Positions 54,064 through 64,000 of a stretch of DNA of 64,000 nucleotides are shown piece by piece. Source of the stretch: Balanoglossus misakiensis. Taxonomy: Eukaryota > Animalia > Hemichordata. The notes beneath the pieces were generated by a model. It had not been told where the DNA came from, ran no database searches, and was given only the letters and a program-made list of their open reading frames with translations. The number at the start of each line of letters is the position of its first letter. The stretch's first letter is position 1. Location of the stretch: contig CM082585.2 of assembly GCA_040954595.2 (NCBI GenBank), positions 6,039,808 to 6,103,807 on the forward strand. Direction: 5' to 3'. The position numbers and the translations under genes were made by a program.

Positions 54064-55481
54064 GTAAGAGACTCATTTTGCACCTTGATGATATTTGAAT
54101 ATATCTGCATAACTTTCTATCATTTCAAATTTACCAGGTGGTTTAAACGCGGCGCTTAACAGCAAATTAAGATGAATGAAAAAATTTACTACACACATAT
54201 GATAAATTCGGGCCGAATTACCCAAACCACACACTTTAATTATCAACAGCCCTGTCATTTTTGAGGGTACTCGTGTTCTACGTCAAAATTATATCATTTT
54301 AAGCATTGTGGCCGACGAAACAGCTGCCGGTGTTTAGTTGTGCGATGCGATGCAATATTCAACCTTAACATTATACGGTACTTAGTCAAATTGAACGTTC
54401 AATTACACGGTGCGGGCTTCAATTACGCGGAGTGCTGTTTGCCGTAGTGTCAAATTAAACTGCGTGATACGTATACGTTGCCGGCAGGATTCGCTCCACA
54501 CACACTGTGCTCTGGTGGTGGAAGGGCACGCCCATGGTAGCAGTTGTCACGACGTGGGACCCGTGTCAGCTGGTGGTGTCGGGGCTTGATGGATGTTCAC
54601 CAACTGGTATAATTGGTTCATTCCGGTCGTTACCCTATATGTGGTGATTTTGTTGCGTTGCTTTAGGCGATAATCGCAGTTTTCTTGGTATAAACTGTGC
54701 GGATGCAAATTGTGACTATGTATACGTGGACATATAGAAAACGCAGTACGCCGTCATTTCGGCTATTGTACTAACCTGGATCGACTAAATGAGCTAAATA
54801 CTTTAGGATGATAATCTTTAAAGCCGGGATGAAGGTTGTTGATTCCTGTGTAACATCAGGATACAAACATATGTCACTAAAAAAATCAACATTGCTTTTC
54901 GATTTGTATGCTTAACACAACGGGTGGACTAATAAAAGCAGATACTGTGTTTTAAATTAACTAAATATTCCAATTACAATTCATCCGTTACATTTTTTAT
55001 AATTAATTAGGGAAATTTTTCGGAGATCTGGACGTTTCGATTCGGAAGTTAATACAGAGTTGTCTGACTGGGTCAATTGTCGCCTGTTATTTTATAATTG
55101 TAAAAAAAACCACATTACAGAATCCATATGGCATAGTAACCAGGCTATAAACGGCGACCGAGTAAATAAAGGTTGTACCAGCACGTTTTCAGATACACAA
55201 TTACACACGGACAATTCAAAAAATGCATTGAGACAACGGCCATTTCATTCGGATAAATTTGACATAAATAGCTTATATCAGTTGTACAATACATCTACTT
55301 TAGATGGCATACCATGTCTGATTAGACTGTTTCACCGTTAGCGTGTGGCTACTTTGACTGTATTCTGTTGTGTGATGATTGTATGGAAAATGTATCTGTC
55401 AAAATGCAGTTCTGTTTTGTTCTAAAACATTTCCTTAGCTCTGTGTGTGTATCTGTGGTTGTTTGTCAGTTGTTCCCGTGT

Positions 55482-55485
<4 letters not shown>

Positions 55486-55525
<40 letters not shown>
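55486..55525. repeat. (TGTC)n microsatellite
   Basis: Directly visible. Confidence 0.95.
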
Positions 55526-55526
<1 letters not shown>

Positions 55527-56766
55527 TACCGTCTCTGACTCTCTGTACTTATAATGTGTTTTCTCAAGCCTATATCTGTCATAGATTCCTAATCGAATGT
55601 GTTGAAATAATCAACTCTAATCATAAGAAGTTTCCGACCTGATAACGGATCATTCTACCCCTTTAAACGGTCGCTCTCATTGGCCAATATATGCACAGAT
55701 GTGCCATACATACATTCATACAACCAATGAAAACGACCGATAGAAATGACGATGTGATATGGTTAAATAATGACACGATGGAAAAGCTGCTATAAATTTT
55801 GTTGTAGTTTGTATTCTGACGGGAAATGAGCTTCATCTTTGTGTTTTAGATGCCTTCAAATTACTTTCCTATCAAGAGGACATGCATGATTGCATGGCAA
55901 TTTCAGTTGTTTAAATTTAATGAGCCGCATGTGAATTTTCATTGTTTAATGTCAAAATTAAAAACTGTTAAAAGTTTCCAATCAATGAGCTGGGAGTAAA
56001 TCATGATTGTCGGGACCGCTCATTTGGTTAGGTTAGTTGGTTGTTTTGCTGGAACTATTTGGGATAATTGCATTCCGATAAAATTGTACAAAACGATTAG
56101 TATTTGTTGTACTTGGGGAGAATGTGGTATTTCTGTCATTGTTTGACCACAACAAAACAAAACAAAATGATAAATATGTCGAATGTGTAGGCTACATGTT
56201 CTGAGCTGAGAGTTTTACGTAGTTTATTACCATGCAATTTTATATCCCGGCATAGTTCCAATCGTGTTTTGTGTATTGTATTTTGTATATATACAGGATT
56301 GTATATACAGGATGTATTGTTTAATTGTCCGAACGCTGTTTGAACACATACACAGAATTTCAATATTAAAATTCCAATGATAAAAATATGGTTAAAATTT
56401 TCGTATTATGTCCACCAGCAGAAAGTAAACTCACCTGTAACAATAAATCATACATCACTTTCTGGTAAATTGAACAACACAAATAACTTTAGAAAATTGA
56501 CAATATATTTTGCCCTCGTAAACGGTGTAATTAAGCTAGTGTTTCATATAACCTGTATTGCTTTTTGCAAAGCCATATTTACTGCCAGAGACAACCTGGG
56601 AACCCCAAACATTCCTTGTTAGAAAGGGGAGGAGGTTATTGGTGCACGGCCGAAATGAAAATGGTTTTATTTATTTGCCTGTCTACATTTTGTGACATAT
56701 ATCTGTTTGCATCGATCTTGTTACAGAACTGTTGACTGTCATACTCTTCACAAAAATTTCGCCGAG

Positions 56767-57425
56767 ATGATCCGCATGTTCGTTCTCTGTCTCGTACTGT
56801 GCACAGTTGCCAGTGCGCCATCTAACGGTGAGGGTGTCAGGCAGCACGACCCGGTGAGAGACCTCGTGCGTCGAATGATCGAGCTCGAGGCCAAGTACGA
56901 GGAACTGAAGACAGAGAATGCAGAGCTGCGCTCTTTCCTAGCAGCGAAAGAAAGAGTAAAGAACAAGAGACAAACAAACGAAGTGTCAGACTTTCCATTG
57001 GATATCGTCGAGAAGGACGCCAAACCGGGTGGAACAGACGAAGGCACCGTTTCCCTGCGGCGCAAGGTGACTTTACAAGGGAAGAAAATTGACCAACTAA
57101 CTGAGAATGAAAGCAGCTTGGAAAAACGAATCCGTGATCTTGAGCAACGGGCATCCGACGATGAATCTATGGAGACTAATCAGATAAGTGCAACGCAGGC
57201 CATGATTATGAAAGGAGAGTCGCTGATCAACCAAATGAGTTATACTCTATCCAACAGTAAGATTTCGCGATTTTAAGCCTATCTCTTCTTAGTCTACATG
57301 ATAGTCTAGGTTTTAGTAGGCTTATGGTGGTGGTTATTGTAACGACGACGGTGACGATGATGACGATGACGATGATGATGATGACGACGATGATGACGAC
57401 GATGATGATGATGACGATGATGATA

Positions 57426-57511
<86 letters not shown>

Positions 57512-58044
57512 AGCGACGACGGTGGTGGTGGTGGTGGTGGTGGTGGTGGTGGTGGTGGTGGTGGTGGTGGTGAATTTTAGATTGCAGGCCTAATCAAAAC
57601 TGTTTTCATTTGTTTCCAGTTTCAAAGAAGTGCGCTTTCTCCGGGGTCCGCACCCAGCTCCTCCTCGGCGACGGCTCGCAGTCGCAGATCGTCACCTACG
57701 ACGAGCAGAACGCCAACAAGGGCAAGGACTTCGACGTCGACACCGGCACGTTCACGTGCGAAGTCCCCGGCATCTACTACTTCTCCTTCTCGGTGCGCAC
57801 CTACGACTCCTACTCCATCGGGCTCACCTTGGTGAAGAACAACGAGCCGACGGTCTCCATGAAGACCGACGGCGACGCGGGCACGCGTGACGTCATGCAG
57901 AGTCAGAGCGTCATGCTGGACCTGGTGGCCGGCGACCAAGTGTGGTTGCAGCTCGGGCCGCACGACGACTATGCAATCTACAGCAGCGGCACCTCCAAAT
58001 ACATCACCTTCAACGGTTTCGTTATCTACCCCAATATGGTCTAA
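56767..58044 (+). CDS. Secreted C1q-domain protein (signal peptide, coiled coil, globular C1q), 2 coding exons, about 304 aa
   Basis: Exon 56767-57256 (MIRMFVLCLVLCTVASA signal; heptad-rich segments) joined in phase 1 to 57620-58044 (CAFS..., FDVDTGTFTCEVPGIYYFSF, QSQSVMLDLVAGDQVWLQL, ITFNGFVIYP). Confidence 0.92.
57343..57572 (+). repeat. Compound microsatellite (GAT/GAC)n-(GGT)n in the C1q intron
   Basis: Directly visible. Confidence 0.98.
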
Positions 58045-58545
58045 TCATCGTCCATCACGTGATCGCCACCCTCTCCAATACTAGCCTACAGATCAGTTGG
58101 TTCTAGGGGATAGACTGATACAATCAAATAGACATTTACTGACAATGGGGAGTCAGTTTAAACCGACCCGATCACCAAATCCGTACCAGAAAAAAAAGTA
58201 GACCGACATCTAGAAATGATCTTTGAAATAAACCGAACGTGCTACTATACGATAAACCGATAGAAGACGATTTCTACTTAGCACAATAAACTATGCGTCT
58301 ACTTACTGTAGATGGAACATAATGCCTCACCTTGCAATAAACTAAATTATTTTAATTAATTGCAATGAATATTATAGAAAACACACTTTCTTTTTCTCAG
58401 TGGTTCTTGTTAAATGACATATTGACTGTTTCGTCACTGAACTTTCTACTTCATCACATTCTCTATGCACTTCAGAGAACAACATTCCTGTATGAGTACC
58501 ACATGTTTAGAAATCATACCGTGCCTTTTGTTTCGAGTCTGTTAA

Positions 58546-59613
58546 GGGAGCATTCGTTTTTTACAGGGAGGGGGGGGGCCGGTGGAAATCAGGGGGGGGT
58601 TTACTTTTACAAAGCAGTTTTTAGGGGGGGGGACAAATTTTATAATCAAGGGATTATTATATAGGGACTGAAAGGGGGGACTTGAAAACTTTGACGGCTA
58701 AATATTTATTTTGAGTCCACAAAAATGCAGTTTCGCGTCCTTTATTTTACAAAATTTTCTAATGTGGGAGGGGGACACCCCCTCCCACACCCACCCCCTC
58801 CATTCATCAACACCTTTCAATCATTGACTGGTTTATCTAGTGTCCCAGGTCAGGGGACTTGCCCCCACCCCATGATAACTTTGAGCGGCGACGTTAATTT
58901 GCTTTTGCTGGGTTCATTAAAATGCAGCTTTGAGCTCTGTATTTTATAAAATTTTCTTATGTAGGAGGGGGACACCCCCTCCCAAACCCACCCCCTTCAA
59001 TTCTCGGTTTACAATGTCTCCCAACACAGAATACAAATACTTAAAAAATAAAAACAATGTTCAGTAGACATGTAAATGAACAGACATAAATTGACAACAG
59101 AGAAAAAGATGCTGAAAAAAGAACAAACTGAAAATAGTTGAAGCGCACATTGGCCGGAAACTGTGTCAGACAACTCTGGAAAGTCTCAGAGTAAACCATG
59201 AGAGGGACAAAGAGGAGGATGAGCAGGAGGATGAAGAGGATGACTTGGACGAGGACAGTGAACCAGAAGATGAACATGTAGTGATAGGTGAACTAGGTGA
59301 TTCAGCGGAAAGTGACTCAGAAAGTGATAGCGGCGACATTGAAAATGAACTCTTTCACGTAACAAGATCAGGCAGACAATGCACTACTTGGAAATCAAGG
59401 AACTAGGTTTCATGGTTGATTATGTGGTATGTCGAACATACACCAATATCTGACAAAGTTTGATAAGTTTAATCCGGTGGATAAACTTTTTTTTTTTGGG
59501 GGGGGGGGGTCACATTTTAGAAAAGTAATTTCCAGGGGGGGTTGCCTTTTACATTTAGTCGGCGACTCAAATTCCACCGGCCCCCCCCCTCCCTGTAAAA
59601 AACGAATGCTCCC
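58546..59613. mobile_element. Non-autonomous PIF/Harbinger-like element, about 1.07 kb
   Basis: About 40-bp TIRs gggagcattcgttttttacagggagggggggggccggtggaa / ttccaccggcccccccc(c)tccctgtaaaaaacgaatgctccc; TAA TSD at 58543-45 and 59614-16. Confidence 0.85.
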
Positions 59614-62102
59614 TAAATACGTGTATACAGTACTCTGTTTTTTCAATCTATGCAGAATCGCTGTATTATTGTGAATGGCATGGCACCTTCCACTTCCTTT
59701 ACGGAAAGTTTCTTTAATGTTCTTTCAGAGTTTGGTATTGTTGTACGAGACGAGAAATTGTGGGGAACACCCCTTTGCACCAAGTTCGAATTTCTGCCGA
59801 CAGTCTCCTGTCCATCTAAAAACATGTCCGATAAAACTTAGTATCCACAATGTGTAATATCCACGTGTGTCGCGTTTTTTCTTGTGTGTATATGTGCTCA
59901 ACTTTACTACCAATGTCACGATATTAGGTCATGACATCAAATAGCTAGGTAGCATGTGTGCAGTGTGGTTGCGGCTTGCATAATTATGAGAAATATTCAT
60001 GGACTGTACTGATGACTTCCAAGACATTTACTAATTAAGCTTTTAATCGATGTGTTCATTAGCGCAAGTAACAGCGCGGTGTACACAATTCAATTATAAT
60101 TGCGATCTTTCTGCAGACGGTTGCTGCTTCACGGCTTATGAAGTAATTACGAGATTGCGTATGCATATTCATTACGTCTCAGCAATCACGTTGATCAATT
60201 TCTCATAAAATTTGCATGACGTTGTCCAAATAGTGATTATGATATTACAATAATAATAAAAGTGTTGGCGTGTTTTCTCGGTTCGTTTCGTTAACATACA
60301 ATATGTCTGCTTGTACCTTTGGACCCTTTCCAGCATTATTGTTCTGTGTATCAACTACTCTTATTTCCAACCATGAGTTTTGGCTCAGATAAAGATGTTT
60401 TCATATGGCACCGAACCAAACTTTTTCGCCAAAATAAAATCATGCAGGACCTATTTTTGACTCAACAGATTATCATAATTTGTTTGATTGTTTTTTGTTC
60501 CATTTTCCGCTCGTCTGACTCGTCATCGATCGTAGACTTTTATCAATAGCGCCCTCAACGCGACTGCCAGTATTGTAACTGTGTCAGTCACGTGACGTGA
60601 CTTGAGACGCGTCATAGAAAAGTTTTCGCTGGTGATTGGTTGGAGCCACCTGGACCACCTCCACTTGGAAATCACCGTCTAGCCCTACGTGCATTTCCAT
60701 AAGAGAGTCAGACGGCCACGCTGTTGCACGTAACACGCGAAGATGCGGGGAAACTCTACCCCAAAACAGAGTTTCTCCACCCGATAGTTTGCACGAAGAC
60801 CGCGGTAAGTAAAGTAAAAGAAGTAGACACAGTTACTCAATTTTTGACCAGAAACCTGGGTTATTCTGTGGCGAGATACGGACAACTAAAAAGCCAGACG
60901 TTTACGCCACAGAATTGAAAAATCGGATGCGTCACAGTCAGACAGCTCGATGGTCAGCGCTTCCTTGCGTTCTAATTCACAAATTCCACCCTTTCGCGTT
61001 ACTCAACTTGAGATGTACGGTTTATCAAATTAAATTTAGACAAGTCGGTGTTATAGCTCTACTGGTGGGCGGCAGGTTTTTTTTTACATATAAAGAAAAC
61101 GAGGTAGTTTTTCAGGAAAAGGGAGGAGGGCTACGATGAATTGGTAGCGGGGTCGTTGAATTGACAGCGGGTTCACGTGTAGTCAGCGTGTTTTCAAGTA
61201 TGAGCGAATGCAAATTTTGTATGGTACTACCAGAAAATGGCAAAAATAAGCTTTAAAACGCTTCATTGGGAACAGTAATTTTTTGTGTCCATGCAGTCTT
61301 CGCCAAAAATATTTTTGTCGGAGTTTAAAACGTTCCTCTTGGCTGTAGGCCTAAACTTGAAAATATGTAGATGTACTAAGTGCCATGCTGGGGTTTTAGG
61401 CTACCTGTCTGTCAGTGAAGCCCTAGAACGTATATTGTCGTCGTGTATGATGTACAGAATGTAAATGACAACAGTTTAGCGTACGGTGATCACGGTTGAT
61501 ATTTGGTTTCGTGTTCATGGATAAGCATTCATTTTTTTTCCTCATTTTGTAGATCGAAGTCCCCGGTGAACTGATGATGTACGTTCAACGTGGATGCTAT
61601 GATGTTACAAGCATGATGTACAAGTAAGCGGTATCAGCCAAGTTTGTTTGGCAATTTTTAAGAACTTTCAACGATTCTGACTGGTGCCGGTAGCCAGTTC
61701 AGCGAACCGATTTTGCACAAATCTGAAGAATGCAACAATGCGGATGCTATATGTGGATGTCATTTTAAAGTTTTAAAACCAACATGACTACATGCTCGGT
61801 GTATGGGTCATTTTTGTTACGGCACCAACAAGTTCATTGGCTTTGAATGCTTCGAATGGTGCTCGATGTTGTGTGTGTGTGTGAGTGTGTGCATGTGTGT
61901 GTCAAGGTAAGTTGTACGGTATATTTGGGCCATGCAACTAGCCTACAATGAGGTGAGCGTTTGTATGTTCCATGGCTGAATGAAGACCAGTGGATGATAT
62001 GAAGTTTCATAACAAGTAAGTTATATAGACATAAATAAAATCCCCGGTGCGGGTGGGACCCATCCCTTAGACCGTTGGTTTAATATAATTAATACGCGTT
62101 TT

Positions 62103-62700
62103 TTTTTCAGATTTGTAATCTTTCATCATTTTTCAATAAAAAATAATAAAAACATGCACACACTGATAAAACTGGGAGTGGTTTATTTCCGTACCGATCA
62201 TCTTCGCGAGTGCGTGTTTACTAGTAGTTAATGTAGGTTTTGTCAGATATGTTATCTTTCGTCATTTTTTAATAAAAAATATTAAACACATACACGTTGT
62301 ACTGATAAACTGAGTGGTTTATTTCCGTACCGATCATCTTCGCGAGTGCGTGTTTACTAGTAGTTAATGTAGGTTTTGTCAGATATGTTATCTTTCGTCA
62401 TTTTTTAATAAAAAATATTAAAAACATACACGTTGTACTGATAAACTGAGTGGTTTATTTCCGTACCGATCATCTTCGCGAGTGCGTGTTTACTAGTAGT
62501 TAATGTAGGTTTTGTCAGATATGTTATCTTTCGTCATTTTTTAATAAAAAATATTAAAAACATACACGTTGTACTGATAAACTGAGTGGTTTATTTCCGT
62601 ACCGATCATCTTCGCGAGTGTGTGTTTACTAGTAGTCAATACAGGTTTTGTCAGATTTGTAATCTTTCGTCATTTTTCAATAAAATAATATTAAAAACGT
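62103..62700. repeat. Minisatellite, 136-bp unit, about 4.4 copies
   Basis: The ccgtaccgatcatcttcgcgag anchor falls at 62189, 62325, 62461 and 62597; a degenerate copy follows at about 62750-62860. Confidence 0.95.
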
Positions 62701-64000
62701 AACGCATGTCTCCGTTAGCCGGTTTTATGGTAAAATAAGTTATTTACTTTGTGATTTGTAATCTTTACCCGTTTACAACAACTGCAATCAATAAAACGCT
62801 ATCGAAACATACTGGTATAACCCGAATGGTTTATTTTGCACCCATCATCTGCACGTGCGTGTATGTCTGTTATTATGGTGAAATATTTACTTTCTTTTGC
62901 TTGTTTTGCAGATGCAGAGACCAGAGTGTTTTTCGCCATGCAGCGGTATAGCTGGGTGAGGTAAGGGCAGGTATGTTCCGTGGCCGAACGATCACGACAT
63001 TCACTTCATTTCCTTGTTTTGCAGATCCAGATACGAGATCAACTCGTATAAATGGTATTCATCAACTTAAAGCTGGGGCCTAAGTTGCTAGTTTTTTCGC
63101 CATACAGCAGTACAGCTGGGTGTGGTAAGGGCAGTATCTTCAATTATGGCTGAACGAAGACCAGAGGTTTCAAGTAAGGTTTGACAAACGATATAGACAT
63201 CAAAGCCCCTTATTTCATGCATGGTGGCCATTTTGAAGCGTTTTTTTTCCGATTCAGACTGATGCCTGCATGTAATAATATGGAACCGGTACAATATGTG
63301 GATGTCAATTCAATGTTGTAGAATCGATCCGACTGCAAGGTGTGGCCAGTTTGTTATGGCACAAACATGTTCGCCATCTTTGTAGGAGACATTCCGTTTA
63401 CATACTTTTCTTTTGTTCCAGAGATTCCATAGATGATGCTAAGATGATTGCCAGCCTGTGTGATTGATGTCCAGAGATTACCGCATGGTTGTGAGAAGGT
63501 AAGACTTGTGGGAAAGAAAATTGAAGCAGTAACAGACAATACATGGTAGGGGTGTGGGTGGGGTGTGTTTGTTCACAATGTCGAGGAGTTGTCGGTTTAA
63601 CCAAGTACAATTATAGGCTTATATGGGCAGATCTCGATCGATGTAGAAGTAAAATTTAATCAAGTTGCCAAATAGAGAGTGAAATTCCAGGCAGCCATAC
63701 AGATTTGCAACATGTACCATCTGCGAATGAACAACAATTGGCGTACAGTGGTGATCATGCTTTGTTTCATGTCCATGGATATATTACAGACATTCATTTC
63801 TACATTGCTTGTTTTGCAGATGCGAAGACCAGATGGGTAATCCGGCAACCAAGCTGAGGACGAAGTGTCCATTTTCCGCGATGCAGCTGTAACTGTTACT
63901 GGCAGTCTGCAGTGACCACCTAATGACAATAGTATTTACTAAGCTGATACAATTCAATGCTATGGTATGCTATGCTATTGGTCATAAGTTTCTTGGAAAA

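Noticed and set aside
53753-54076. Minus ORF with VSGSSFLGRWNTD, superficially like a CBM20 segment that could complete a STBD1
   Set aside because: Wrong strand relative to the nested ORF, lacks the rest of the CBM20 pattern, and is better explained as the antisense of the C1q 5' UTR exon.
62103-62700. Regularly spaced repeats resembling a CRISPR array
   Set aside because: Whole 136-bp units are near-identical with no unique spacers; eukaryotic context and no cas genes.

Overview
AT-rich, intron-rich animal genomic DNA; gene content and repeat types suggest a marine invertebrate, probably a deuterostome (inference). Five spliced genes can be reconstructed by hand from splice sites and reading phase: the last codons of a C1q-domain gene (1-69, +), a Tudor-domain gene (1608-7309, +), GPR180 (8853-12332, -; 9 exons, 433 aa), glycogenin (14911-50396, +; about 25 kb first intron and an optional 236-aa acidic exon) and a secreted coiled-coil/C1q gene (56767-58044, +). 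The standout is an intronless 1540-aa ORF (31412-36034, +) inside glycogenin intron 1. It has an N-terminal membrane anchor, about 2.7 kb of acidic 10-aa repeats and a single WEML LC3/GABARAP-type motif resembling that of the glycophagy receptor STBD1. It may be an undescribed membrane-anchored autophagy receptor genetically coupled to glycogenin; this is a hypothesis. Non-coding space holds several non-autonomous DNA transposons (Ginger1-, AcademH-, Harbinger-, Tc1/mariner-, Kolobok- and piggyBac-like), mini- and microsatellites, and a possible multi-exon non-coding transcript at the right end. Gene models are manual and untested by expression data.
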